The notes beneath the pieces are model-generated. The model was given only the letters and a program-made list of their open reading frames with translations, did not search any database and had not been told where the DNA came from. The translations under genes were made by a program, and so were the position numbers. A stretch of DNA of 64,000 nucleotides from contig DATKNL010000002.1 in NCBI GenBank assembly GCA_035541435.1, positions 3,962 through 67,961 of the forward strand, written 5' to 3'. Positions within the stretch are counted from its first letter, which is position 1, and every line of letters starts with the position of its first letter. This DNA is from Minisyncoccota bacterium (GTDB taxonomy: Bacteria; Patescibacteriota; Minisyncoccia; UBA6257; 2-01-FULL-56-20). Below are positions 47,148 through 59,081 of this stretch, piece after piece.

Positions 47148-48164
47148 CTACGGGATGAGCGGCCGGAGGGCGGCGGCGTCGAGCGCATAGGCGCGCACGA
47201 AGGAATCGTCCACATGGGCATAGAGGGTGCCTTCGCCCTTCCTGCCGGGAACGAACTGGCTCGCGAACGTGATGGTGCGGGCCTCGCTGTCGCGGATCAG
47301 GGGCTGTTCGGACACCCATTCGATGCCGCCGTTCTCATAGTCATAGACGAAGAGCCCGACCGAAAACAGGCCGTGATGGATGCGGTCGTGCTTGCGCGTG
47401 TCGGCCTCGCGCCCGTTCATCACGCCGAGCAGCTTGCCCGCGCCCACGTCGATGAAGTCCCTCGGCAGCAGCGGTCCCGGCGACGCGTGGCCGGCGATCC
47501 ACGGGATGCCGTGTTCGGCAGGATGGAAGACCACGTCGCCGAACTCCCACGGCTCCCCCATCTCGAGCGCGACCGCCGACCGCACGACCGAATAGGTCAT
47601 GCCGTCGATCGTGTTGCTCGATTCGACGAGGTTGAACCGGTATCCCTCCTTGTTGAGCGGCGCGATCGAGACCTCCTTCGCGCCGTCCTGGCCGCTGTCG
47701 GTGAGGACGGGCAGCGTCATCGTGAGCGACATGAGGTCTCTGCCAACCGCGTGTCCCAGATGGACCCGCGTGTGCGCGTGGTTCGTGAGCGCGCCGTGGA
47801 AGATCGGCATCGTGAAATAGAGATGCATGAGGCCGGCTGCATCGTCGATCCAGATGTCGGGATCCTCGAGGCCGAGAAAGTCGTCGCCGCGACCCGTGAG
47901 GGACGCGATCATCTCCTTTTCGTGCCTGATCGGCAGGCGCTCGCCGATCGCGAAACGCCCCGCAGGGTCGAGCGCGATCCCGCGGAGCTCGCTGTGATCA
48001 AGCGCGCCGCCATCGACGAGGTCGCCCTCGCGGCTCGTGATGCAGCGCGCCACGCCGCGCTCGAACCGCGCGGTCGGATCAAGCGTGATCGCCATCACGT
48101 GCTTAAACCGCTCGTCGGTCTCGATCACGCGGCCGGGGAGTTCGCGGTAAGGCTCATGTTGCAT
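47148..48164 (-). CDS. Hypothetical β-propeller protein, possibly GH130/GH43-like (DUF377-like) glycoside hydrolase/phosphorylase
   Basis: 338 aa, Asp/Gly/Trp-rich propeller-like composition; weak family call from motif impression only; TATACT-N6-ATG. Confidence 0.35.
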   Translation of the reverse strand: MQHEPYRELPGRVIETDERFKHVMAITLDPTARFERGVARCITSREGDLVDGGALDHSELRGIALDPAGRFAIGERLPIRHEKEMIASLTGRGDDFLGLEDPDIWIDDAAGLMHLYFTMPIFHGALTNHAHTRVHLGHAVGRDLMSLTMTLPVLTDSGQDGAKEVSIAPLNKEGYRFNLVESSNTIDGMTYSVVRSAVALEMGEPWEFGDVVFHPAEHGIPWIAGHASPGPLLPRDFIDVGAGKLLGVMNGREADTRKHDRIHHGLFSVGLFVYDYENGGIEWVSEQPLIRDSEARTITFASQFVPGRKGEGTLYAHVDDSFVRAYALDAAALRPLIP

Positions 48165-48209
48165 TTTTTTAGTATATCAAAGCAGCCCTAAGACTGTATT
48201 CTTCAACTA

Positions 48210-48238
48210 TTGACAATTATTATATCAATTGCTAAAAT
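48210..48238 (+). promoter_or_regulatory. Near-consensus sigma70 promoter TTGACA-N17-TAAAAT
   Basis: Seen directly; followed by AAGGAG RBS at 48253. Confidence 0.65.
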
Positions 48239-48263
48239 GTTGTCAGTTCATAAGGAGCTGACA

Positions 48264-48629
48264 ATGGAAAAGAAGCGTCGACTGCGACTGATCGGAATGT
48301 TGATCGACCTTTACACCCTTCTAGCCCTGGTTGGAATGTGCTTCCTTTTTCGGGCACACTGGCCGGTCGCCCTCGCCTCCATTATTATGGCGATGTCATG
48401 CGCGATAAAGATTGGCGGCAAGGTCGGCGTGGGCGTTGGCTACGGCACCCTTATGTTTGCGGGGTGCATGGGAATGTGTTTCTGCCCTTTCTGGCCCGAC
48501 GCCGCGAAGGCTGTCGCTCTTGTAGGAGGAATTCCTGCACTGATCTACGCCTGCTGCGGACTATGGATGAGCGCGACAACCAGGGAAATCAGCCTGATCG
48601 AACTCATCCAAATCAGAAAAAATTGGTAA
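48264..48629 (+). CDS. Small Cys-rich membrane protein (121 aa), AT-rich island
   Basis: AAGGAG-N5-ATG; 3-4 TM; motifs MGMCFCPFWP, YACCGLW. Confidence 0.45.
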   Translation: MEKKRRLRLIGMLIDLYTLLALVGMCFLFRAHWPVALASIIMAMSCAIKIGGKVGVGVGYGTLMFAGCMGMCFCPFWPDAAKAVALVGGIPALIYACCGLWMSATTREISLIELIQIRKNW

Positions 48630-48869
48630 AAATCATGCGGCGCGCCGAGCAAATGGTGCGCCGCTTTTCTTATCAGAAAAAATCACCGCCTTCGTGGGGA
48701 TTTCCATTGCGTAATTTTCATGAAATTCAGCATAGCAAAAACAGCCCTTGTGGGCTGTTTTTGCAAACCGAGGTTCGGTTAGGAAATCTCAGCTTACAAC
48801 GATCCAATTTAATCCTCCCCGTACCGATGTCAATCTCCATTAAGGGAAGATTAAATTTATAAACGAGAT

Positions 48870-48901
48870 AAATAAATTCCCCCTCGCGGGGGAATTTATT
48901 T
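48870..48901. terminator. Bidirectional terminator, perfect 14-bp stem (aaataaattccccc/gggggaatttattt) ending the tuf-rpsJ unit
   Basis: Seen directly; overlaps the rpsJ stop codon. Confidence 0.75.
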
Positions 48902-49223
48902 ACACCATTTTGATTTCAATATCTACGCCGGCGGGAAGATTCAGGTTTGAGAGGGACTCGATGATCTTCGCGCTCGGGTTCACGATCTCAACCAGCCGCT
49001 TATGTACCCGAAGCTCGAACTGCTCGCGGGAGTCCTTGTGGACGAACGTCGAGCGGTTCACGGTGTAGCGCTTGATCTCGGTCGGAAGCGGGATCGGTCC
49101 CACGACTTTCGCGTCATTCCGCTCCGCCGACTCGATGATCTGCCGCGCGGAGTTGTCGATCAGCTTGTGATCGTACGACTTGATGCGCAGGCGGATCTTC
49201 TGGGGTACTTCGGTCTTGGCCAT
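48900..49223 (-). CDS. rpsJ: 30S ribosomal protein S10
   Basis: [23 protein letters not shown]... Confidence 0.9.
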   Translation of the reverse strand: MAKTEVPQKIRLRIKSYDHKLIDNSARQIIESAERNDAKVVGPIPLPTEIKRYTVNRSTFVHKDSREQFELRVHKRLVEIVNPSAKIIESLSNLNLPAGVDIEIKMV

Positions 49224-49239
49224 GGGTGCTCAAAGTATA

Positions 49240-50439
<1,200 letters not shown>

Positions 50440-50530
50440 GGGTTTGTTGGATTAAAATTTTATTTTCCGCCTATCCCGACGCTTGCCGACCGAGGTCGGG
50501 GCGCCGGCCATTCTTGTTCCCCCTTCTCGA

Positions 50531-50554
50531 ACAAAAACAGCTTCAGAGAGCTGT
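50531..50554 (-). promoter_or_regulatory. Hairpin + U-tract in the tuf leader (terminator of upstream unit and/or attenuator)
   Basis: ACAGCUCUCUGAAGCUGU + UUUUGUU; very similar to rnpB terminator ACAGCUCCGAAAGGGGCUGU UUUUGUUUUUG. Confidence 0.45.
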
Positions 50555-50601
50555 GAAAACCTAAACCAATCGACCGGTTTAGAGAAAGGGTTTACCTGGC
50601 T

Positions 50602-50631
50602 ATCATAGGGCACATCGGCCGAACCTGTCAA
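50602..50631 (-). promoter_or_regulatory. Sigma70 promoter TTGACA-N18-TATGAT upstream of tuf
   Basis: Seen directly. Confidence 0.5.
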
Positions 50632-50635
50632 CCCC

Positions 50636-50902
50636 TTAAAGGTAGACCCGGTCGACGTAGCACCACGTGAACTCCTCGCCGGGCGATACGGATTTCATGA
50701 CCGGATGGCCGGTCGCCTTGAAATGGGCCGTCGCGTGCCGGTTCTTCGAGCTGTCGCAGCAGCCGACGTGGCCACAGGTGAGGCACATGCGCAGGTTGAC
50801 CCAGCTATCGCCGGTCTTTACGCAGTCCTCGCAGACGGTGATGTCTTTCGGATGGACGTCGCGGATCTGGTCGAGATGCGTGCAGGCGGAAGCCTTGTTC
50901 AC
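50636..50902 (-). CDS. UBP-type zinc-finger protein
   Basis: Cys/His pattern CxxC...CxxCGHxGCC...H...H. Confidence 0.7.
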   Translation of the reverse strand: MNKASACTHLDQIRDVHPKDITVCEDCVKTGDSWVNLRMCLTCGHVGCCDSSKNRHATAHFKATGHPVMKSVSPGEEFTWCYVDRVYL

Positions 50903-50923
50903 GATCGGATCATTAAAAACGAT

Positions 50924-51205
50924 TTAATCTTCGCCGAGGTCGGCCTTGATCTCGCGGAACTGGTTCTCAAGCTCGCCGAGGCGCTTCTTGCTCGTCTTGA
51001 TGAGCTCGGACGCGAGCTTCACTTTCTCGAGGGCCTGCTCGACGTCGAGCTCCTCCTGCGAATCGAACCACTCAAGGATCCCGGCGATCTCTTTGAGCTT
51101 CTTCTTGAAGTCCTGCGTGCCGCTTTCGGATGCGGCCGCCTCGTTGCGCTCCTTCGGGTTTTTCGAAGCCTTGGGGCTCATGGGTGATTCGAACAATGAT
51201 TGCAT
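50924..51205 (-). CDS. xseB: Exodeoxyribonuclease VII small subunit
   Basis: Helical ~80-aa core LEEALEKVKLASELIK; adjacent to xseA. Confidence 0.65.
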   Translation of the reverse strand: MQSLFESPMSPKASKNPKERNEAAASESGTQDFKKKLKEIAGILEWFDSQEELDVEQALEKVKLASELIKTSKKRLGELENQFREIKADLGED

Positions 51206-51240
51206 GGGTTCATGGAAAACGTCCTACCACTATATCCCTT

Positions 51241-52389
51241 TTACCGGCCGCTTTCCATCCCGCCGCCCGGCTCGACGCGCGAGCGCACGACGCCGTCCCT
51301 GAGCTCGGTCTCGAGCCGGTCGCCGGGCGCGACGTCGCCTGCGCTCCGCACGATGCGGCCGTCGCGGCGCATGATGGAATAGCCGAACGCAAGCTGGCGG
51401 CGCGGGTCGTGGATGCGCACGAAGCGCTCGGCGTAGTCGATCACATCCTTGCCGTGGGCGATCCCCTGCTCCACCTGGTTCGTCATCGAGTCGCGCGCGA
51501 ACATGAGGTCGTTGCGGACGCGGCGGAACTCCTGCTCGATGCGGCCGAGCAGGTACGGGACCTGCTGCAGCTTCGCGAACGCCTCTTCCCACGTGCGGCC
51601 GAGCGCGTGCGCGGCGGCGGTGGGCGTCGAGGTCATGAGGTCGGCGGCGAGGGCGACGAGCGGGACGTCCTGGTCGTGCCCGATGCCCGCGATCACCGGG
51701 ACCGGGAAGGACCCAATCGCGCGGACGAGCGCCTCGTTGTTGAACGCCTGGAGCGACTCGAGCGAGCCGCCGCCGCGGATCACGACGAGCACGTCGATCA
51801 TCCCCTCCTCCGCCTCGCGGCGCATGCGCGCGACCGCCTTCATGAGCGGCGCGGCGGCCTGCTGCCCCTCGACGCGCGAGTCGAGCACGCTGATCACGAA
51901 ACCGAATTTGCCGAGGTTGTTCTGAAAGTCGTGGATGACGGCGCCCTTCATCGAGGTGATGACGCCGATGCGGCGCGGATAGTCCGGCAGCGGCCGCTTG
52001 CGTTCGGGCGCGAACACGCCCTCGGCCTCGAGCCTCTTCTTCAGCGCGTCATAGGCCTTCTTGAGCGCGCCCTCGCCGACGAGCTCCACCGTGTCGGCGA
52101 CGAACGACAGCCGGCCGCTCGGGGCGTAGACGTTCGGGTGGCCCGACAGGATGAGCTCCATGCCGACCTCGATCGCCACGCCGCAGAGCTCGTAATTGCG
52201 GCTCCAGATGATGCAGTCAAGCACGCCCTTGTCCTCTTTATCCTTCACGGTGAAATAGACGTGGCCCGAGGCGGCGCGCTTCAGCTCGCAGACCTCGCCC
52301 GTCACGCGGACCGCCTGCGCCTTGAAGATCTCGTTCAGGAAGGCGATGAATTCGCCGACCGTAAAAAGCTTTTCCCTCACGTCGAGCAT
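51241..52389 (-). CDS. xseA: Exodeoxyribonuclease VII large subunit
   Basis: OB-fold N-terminus (VRVTGEVCELKRAASGHVYFTVKD), catalytic core VIRGGGSLE. Confidence 0.8.
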   Translation of the reverse strand: MLDVREKLFTVGEFIAFLNEIFKAQAVRVTGEVCELKRAASGHVYFTVKDKEDKGVLDCIIWSRNYELCGVAIEVGMELILSGHPNVYAPSGRLSFVADTVELVGEGALKKAYDALKKRLEAEGVFAPERKRPLPDYPRRIGVITSMKGAVIHDFQNNLGKFGFVISVLDSRVEGQQAAAPLMKAVARMRREAEEGMIDVLVVIRGGGSLESLQAFNNEALVRAIGSFPVPVIAGIGHDQDVPLVALAADLMTSTPTAAAHALGRTWEEAFAKLQQVPYLLGRIEQEFRRVRNDLMFARDSMTNQVEQGIAHGKDVIDYAERFVRIHDPRRQLAFGYSIMRRDGRIVRSAGDVAPGDRLETELRDGVVRSRVEPGGGMESGR

Positions 52390-52431
52390 TCCGCCATTCT
52401 ACCACGAACGGCGTTGCCCTATAATGAAGGC

Positions 52432-53001
52432 ATGCCTCCCGAACGCGATCCCCGGACCCCGACGCGGCCGGAGCCGCCGCCCCCGCTCCCCCATCCGTCG
52501 CGCGCGGCCGGGTTCGTCTTAAGATATGCGCCGGTCGCGACCCTCGCCGTGTCGCTGCTCTATGCCGTCGCGCTCCTCATCGGGAACGCGGGCGTGATCG
52601 CGTTTTTCTCGGTCGTCCTTTCGGTCCTCCTCGCCGTCCTCATGGGGCTCATTGCCCTCATGGCCGGCGCGGTCGTGCTCCGGTCCCTGTTCGCCGTCGC
52701 GGCGGAACTCTCGCTCCTCATCTTCATCACCCAGGCCTATTGCATGTCGCCCGGACGGACGGCGGCGAGCCAGACCGCGATGAGCACGCTCTTCACCGTC
52801 GGCGTGATCTATGTCGTCGTCATCTTCGGGCGCGAGCTGTGGGAGGCGCTCAGGGCGACCTATGGGCGCGTGAGCGCGTCCCGGCGGTCGTTCCAGCGCG
52901 TGCTCACGGTCGCGGGGTTCGTCTTCTTCGTCGCCCTCTTCCTCTGGCAGCTTACGCTCGTCATGCAGCCGATCATCGGGGGCCTGTGCGTCTATCGGTG
53001 A
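52432..53001 (+). CDS. Hypothetical membrane protein with Pro-rich N-terminus
   Basis: TATAAT-N6-ATG; 4-5 TM helices. Confidence 0.5.
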   Translation: MPPERDPRTPTRPEPPPPLPHPSRAAGFVLRYAPVATLAVSLLYAVALLIGNAGVIAFFSVVLSVLLAVLMGLIALMAGAVVLRSLFAVAAELSLLIFITQAYCMSPGRTAASQTAMSTLFTVGVIYVVVIFGRELWEALRATYGRVSASRRSFQRVLTVAGFVFFVALFLWQLTLVMQPIIGGLCVYR

Positions 53002-53067
53002 TTGACTTTTGGACGGCGCCGGGCGATAACAAAAGAAGCAAAGCCCCTTTGCACGTCACCGAGGAGG

Positions 53068-53337
53068 ATGGCCGTGAGCGTCACGAAGGAACAGATGAAA
53101 GCCTGGCTTTCCCGGCTGAACAGAGCCGAAGAAGACAAGGTCAGGATCACGCATGAACACTACGCAGTGGTTCGGGAGATGAAGGCCGCAGGGTTGAACG
53201 TCGTTCTCGAAGTAAAGTTCAGTATCCTCGTGAAGACCGAGAATGAGGAATACACCGAATTGGCATGCCTGCTCGGCACCATCGATCGGGAAAACTATCT
53301 GAGGAACCTGCCCGCCATCAATACGAAACCGGTCTAA
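53068..53337 (+). CDS. Hypothetical small protein (89 aa)
   Basis: GAGGAGG RBS; own terminator at 53382-53416. Confidence 0.4.
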   Translation: MAVSVTKEQMKAWLSRLNRAEEDKVRITHEHYAVVREMKAAGLNVVLEVKFSILVKTENEEYTELACLLGTIDRENYLRNLPAINTKPV

Positions 53338-53381
53338 GCTTGCACGACGGCATCGGAGGTGATGAACGATGCAGGAACGAC

Positions 53382-53416
53382 GGCCGCCCAATGCGTTATG
53401 GGCGGCCTTTTATTTT
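53382..53416 (+). terminator. Rho-independent terminator
   Basis: ggccgccca..tgggcggcc + ttttatttt. Confidence 0.65.
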
Positions 53417-53449
53417 CAACAAGAAAAGCCGCCGAATCTCTTCGGCGGC
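53417..53449 (-). terminator. Rho-independent terminator (convergent)
   Basis: gccgccgaa tctc ttcggcggc followed on minus by uuuucuuguu. Confidence 0.6.
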
Positions 53450-53464
53450 CTGGCGCGTTCGGCC

Positions 53465-53699
53465 CTAACGACATGACACCAGATGAAGCTTCCGCGCGGA
53501 ACCGGCGATCTTTTTCGCGGGGCTCCGGCGGGGCGGCTGCAGGATCATGATCGAGCGGACCAGGAGTTCCTCGTTCAGATGCACCTCGCATCCTTCCTCG
53601 ACAAGGGCCTGCAGGGCCTGGGGGTTGCTGTTGAAAAAGTTGCGCAGCTCGACGAACAGGGCCTCGCGCAGCTTTTCGATCCTTTCGTTCGAATCCATG
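53465..53699 (-). CDS. Hypothetical small protein (78 aa)
   Basis: GAGGAGG-N6-ATG at 53699. Confidence 0.4.
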
Positions 53700-53801
53700 A
53701 CTGCCTCCTCACCCAGGGTGGCGTACTGAGGTTCTTTATGCCACAAACGACATGAAAAGTCAAAGCCGCCGAACGATTGTCCGGCGGCCGATGATGCGGG
53801 C

Positions 53802-54380
53802 TCACCCGATTTTGAAATTGCCTCTTGCTATGTCGTCGAGTTCGCCGTCACCGAAGACGCCCGGCTTGACGCGGCCGCTTTCGTCGACGAGCGACCCACC
53901 GGGATCCTTCGCGGGGATAAAGGTCAGGTGCGGCAGGAACATGAGGTCGTAACCCCTTTCCCTGATCGCGGCCACGAGCTCGGTAATCTCGGCGCTTTCG
54001 TTCACGGCCTTGATGACACCGACCGAAAACTCGTTGGCCCAGTTGGCGAATTGCGCCGCCTCCTCTTCGGTGTATGACCTCTTCTCGTGTTCGCCGTTGC
54101 GGGTGAACCAGAATGCCGAAAGCGGCACGACGGCTCCCGCGCAGTGGACAGGCTTCTTGGAATCGGCTTCCCCGAGAAGAAGCAGCTGCGTATGAAGCTT
54201 GCGGCAGGGCATGTTCAACGGCGCTTCGACAACCTTCCAGACGACGAAGGGGCCGGTCGAGCCAAGGCAGTCCCGCAGGCCCGACGACTGCGTATAAAAG
54301 TCCTCCTGTTCGGGATCGATCAGCCGCAGCCAAACCGTATCCCCGGGCTCGAACACCGTATGTCGTTCCGGATTTCCCAT
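53802..54380 (-). CDS. Hypothetical protein (192 aa)
   Basis: GAGAGGG RBS; terminator at 53750-53789. Confidence 0.45.
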   Translation of the reverse strand: MGNPERHTVFEPGDTVWLRLIDPEQEDFYTQSSGLRDCLGSTGPFVVWKVVEAPLNMPCRKLHTQLLLLGEADSKKPVHCAGAVVPLSAFWFTRNGEHEKRSYTEEEAAQFANWANEFSVGVIKAVNESAEITELVAAIRERGYDLMFLPHLTFIPAKDPGGSLVDESGRVKPGVFGDGELDDIARGNFKIG

Positions 54381-54433
54381 CGTTCCCTCTCAAAGTTGGA
54401 ATGGATTGCTACCTTTTTTATCGCCCATCGCGC

Positions 54434-54471
54434 GCGAAAACGCAAACGGCCGCCCTTTCGAGGCGGCCGTT
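54434..54471 (-). terminator. fusA terminator (hairpin acggccgcc/ggcggccgt)
   Basis: Seen directly; U-tract on minus strand. Confidence 0.6.
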
Positions 54472-54495
54472 GGATCGTTCGCATTCGTTCGAACG

Positions 54496-56601
<2,106 letters not shown>

Positions 56602-56605
56602 GATG

Positions 56606-56639
56606 TTACGAAATTACGAATTTTTACGAATATACGAAT
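56606..56639. repeat. Left ~32-bp inverted repeat (TTACGAAATTACGAATTTTTACGAATATACGAAT) flanking the GxxExxY gene; lies in the fusA 5' region
   Basis: Reverse complement matches 57039-57069 at ~29/32 positions. Confidence 0.75.
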
Positions 56640-57040
56640 TATTGTTCATTGACGATCCTTTTGAAAATCACTCCCTTGCTTGAAAACCTCGCCAGAATGG
56701 CGAGTTTCAAGTTCGTCGCCTTCAGATATCCATAAACTTGAGTGATGTCATGTTTGGAGAATCGGTTTCCTCGTTTGAGTTCCAGGACGATCTTTCCGTC
56801 GATTAGGAAATCCAGAATTTGCCTGCCTATGATCTTGTTCTTGAATTTTATTTCGTAAGCGATCTGCTGCTTGAATGGAATCCTGGCGATCGCAAGCTCT
56901 TGGGCAATCGCGCGCTGATAGTATTTTTCCCGATAACCATATCCCAACGCGTTAAAGACCGAGAACAGGGCTCCGACGACCCGATAACTGAGTTCGGGAT
57001 ACAGAATATCGGCACGTTCGAGTTTCTTCTTTTCCGCCAT
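56639..57040 (-). CDS. GxxExxY family protein (PD-(D/E)XK nuclease-like)
   Basis: GYREKYY = GxxExxY motif; D...ELK (ILDFLIDGKIVLELKRG); AT-rich gene inserted between rpsG and fusA. Confidence 0.7.
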   Translation of the reverse strand: MAEKKKLERADILYPELSYRVVGALFSVFNALGYGYREKYYQRAIAQELAIARIPFKQQIAYEIKFKNKIIGRQILDFLIDGKIVLELKRGNRFSKHDITQVYGYLKATNLKLAILARFSSKGVIFKRIVNEQ

Positions 57041-57069
57041 TCGTATATTCGTACATATTCGTAATTTCG
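57039..57069. repeat. Right inverted repeat (ATTCGTATATTCGTACATATTCGTAATTTCG)
   Basis: Partner of 56606-56639; begins exactly at the GxxExxY start codon. Confidence 0.75.
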
Positions 57070-57073
57070 CAAA

Positions 57074-57541
57074 CTACCGGGCGAAATGGGCGAAGGCGCG
57101 GTTGGCCTCGGCCATGCGGTGCGTGTCCTGCTTCTTCTTGATCGCGGAACCCTCGTTCTTCGCGGCGGCGATCAGCTCGTCGGCGAGCTTTTCGGCCATC
57201 GGCTTGCCCTTGCGCGCGCGGGCGGCGCCGATGATCCAGCGGAGGGCGAGGATGAAGCGGCGCTCGGGGCGCACTTCGCGCGGAACCTGGTAGTTCGCGC
57301 CGCCGACCCGCTTCGAGGCGACCTCGAGGAGCGGCGAGGCGTTCTCGAGCGCCTTGTCGAAGATGACGAGCGGGTCCTCCTTGGTCTGCTCTTTGATCTT
57401 GTCGAACGCGGCATAGACCACGCGCTCGGCGGTGGACTTCTTGCCGTCCTTCATCACGTAGTTGATGAAACGGCCGAGCTCGACGCGTCCGTGGACGGCA
57501 TCGGGCTGGTGGTATTTCTTATAGACGCGCTTCTTTCTCAT
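57074..57541 (-). CDS. rpsG: 30S ribosomal protein S7
   Basis: 155 aa S7 fold, conserved KRELGPDA-like core. Confidence 0.9.
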   Translation of the reverse strand: MRKKRVYKKYHQPDAVHGRVELGRFINYVMKDGKKSTAERVVYAAFDKIKEQTKEDPLVIFDKALENASPLLEVASKRVGGANYQVPREVRPERRFILALRWIIGAARARKGKPMAEKLADELIAAAKNEGSAIKKKQDTHRMAEANRAFAHFAR

Positions 57542-57562
57542 GTCGTTCTGTGGTTGCTGACG

Positions 57563-57973
57563 TTATTTCGCCTTCTTGGCTCCATATTTGGAACGCTGCT
57601 GCTTGCGGCCGTCGACGCCGGTCGTGTCGAGCACGCCGCGCACGATGTGATAGCGCACGCCCGGAAGGTCCTTCACGCGGCCGCCGCGGAGCACGACGAT
57701 CGAGTGCTCCTGCAGCGAGTGTCCCTCGCCCGGGATATAGGCCGTGACCTCGGTGCCGTTCGTGAGGCGCACGCGCGCCACCTTGCGGAGGGCCGAGTTC
57801 GGCTTCTTCGGGGTCTGGGTGAACACCTTCACGCACACGCCGCGCTTGAACGGGGCGCCCGAATGGACGGGGCGGTTCTTGATGGAATTGAAATAGAACG
57901 ACAACGCCGGCGATTTGCTCTTCGCCTTGTGGGGATGACGTCCTTTCTTGATGAGCTGCCGAACGGTGGGCAT
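57563..57973 (-). CDS. rpsL: 30S ribosomal protein S12
   Basis: [12 protein letters not shown]; [10 protein letters not shown]; start at ATG 57973. Confidence 0.9.
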   Translation of the reverse strand: MPTVRQLIKKGRHPHKAKSKSPALSFYFNSIKNRPVHSGAPFKRGVCVKVFTQTPKKPNSALRKVARVRLTNGTEVTAYIPGEGHSLQEHSIVVLRGGRVKDLPGVRYHIVRGVLDTTGVDGRKQQRSKYGAKKAK

Positions 57974-58020
57974 GAGGCTTAAAAAAGATCGGTGGCTCGA
58001 AGGCCAACCGAACAAGAAGA

Positions 58021-58049
58021 ATTGTAGGGTGGACGGGATTTTTTGTCAA
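58021..58049 (-). promoter_or_regulatory. Consensus sigma70 promoter TTGACA-N17-TACAAT for rpsL-rpsG
   Basis: Seen directly on minus strand, ~40 nt upstream of rpsL ATG. Confidence 0.65.
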
Positions 58050-58450
58050 CAAACGCCGCGCGCGGGAAAAGAAAAAGCCCCGCGCGAATCGCACGAGGCT
58101 TCCTGCTCCCCCTTGTTCGTCCCAACCGAGCGTGTGCCGTCCGTTATGAAAAGAATAAGGGCATGCGAAGCATGAAAGAAGGGTCCTGGGCCTTGGATCC
58201 CCTTCCGGCGCTTCCCGCGAGGGTCTATGGCCGCCAGCCACGGCGACCCCGGGGCGCTCGCTTCGCACGTCGCCGTCATTCGGGGGGAGGGCAATGAACG
58301 ACGACGATCTTTGTTTTTTCAATTCACTCACCTTTTATTCTGGCATTATTCTATCGCAGCTTTTCATTTCTGTCAATGCAGGGTAGAATCACCTTCGTAA
58401 GACGATAAAGGGGCCCCGGCGGCTGCGCCGCCTGTGCCCTCGCTCGTCAA

Positions 58451-58477
58451 GAATGAATAGTTAGGAACTATTCATTC
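58451..58477. repeat. Perfect 10-bp-arm palindrome gaatgaatag-ttaggaa-ctattcattc 11 nt upstream of tRNA-Ala
   Basis: Seen directly. Confidence 0.6.
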
Positions 58478-58488
58478 TTGCCTCGCTC

Positions 58489-58562
58489 GGGCCCATAGCA
58501 TAATGGTAGTGCATCCGGTTTGCATCCGGAGGGCGGGAGTCCGATTCTCCCTGGGTCCACCA
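58489..58562 (+). tRNA. tRNA-Ala (anticodon TGC) with encoded CCA
   Basis: Hand-folded cloverleaf: acceptor gggccca/tgggtcc with G3:U70 Ala identity pair, D-arm gcat/gtgc, anticodon loop ttTGCat, T-arm gggag-tccgatt-ctccc, discriminator A, CCA. Confidence 0.85.
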
Positions 58563-58650
58563 CTAGCAGCGACGGTCCGGTTCGCGCCCCGCCTGGACAC
58601 GTGTCGTGGTGCGCCATATGGTGTAGCCAGCCCTCCACCAAAGGAATCCC

Positions 58651-58944
58651 ATGCTGAAATACGGCGACGACCTCGCATTCTATTCCTGCGAGGAGACGGC
58701 GGCACTGCTCGGCGTCTGCCTGCGCACGCTGCAGAGGTGGGTCGCCGGCGATTCGCCGTGGCCCCCACCGCTCGCAGAACTCAAGCCCCTGACCGCCCCG
58801 AACGGCAAGACCCTGTTCAACGCGAAGGAGGTCCACCGGGCGGTCTCCACCACCCTCCGGATCGAGTTCACGTCCGAGGTCGCGGAGCGGTTCCTCGCAA
58901 GAAACGTAGAAACCAAGAAACGGCCCAAAGCAAACCCCACCTGA
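58651..58944 (+). CDS. Helix-turn-helix DNA-binding protein (excisionase/MerR-like HTH)
   Basis: YSCEETAALLGVCLRTLQRWV; AAAGGA RBS; terminator 58932-58959. Confidence 0.55.
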   Translation: MLKYGDDLAFYSCEETAALLGVCLRTLQRWVAGDSPWPPPLAELKPLTAPNGKTLFNAKEVHRAVSTTLRIEFTSEVAERFLARNVETKKRPKANPT

Positions 58945-58959
58945 TACGGTGGGGTTTTT
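58932..58959 (+). terminator. Rho-independent terminator
   Basis: aaccccacc..ggtggggtt + ttttt. Confidence 0.65.
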
Positions 58960-59023
58960 CGTATGGAGAGGGAGATCCATCTCACGAGATGGTCCACGCG
59001 TACATTTTTCGAAATCAACAATC

Positions 59024-59054
59024 GATGCCGGATAAAAAAATCGAGGGTCGCAAG
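59024..59054 (-). terminator. Rho-independent terminator
   Basis: gagggt..accctc hairpin preceded by A7 on plus (U-tract on minus). Confidence 0.55.
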
Positions 59055-59081
59055 AGCAACCCTCAAAGGAGCATCCGAACA

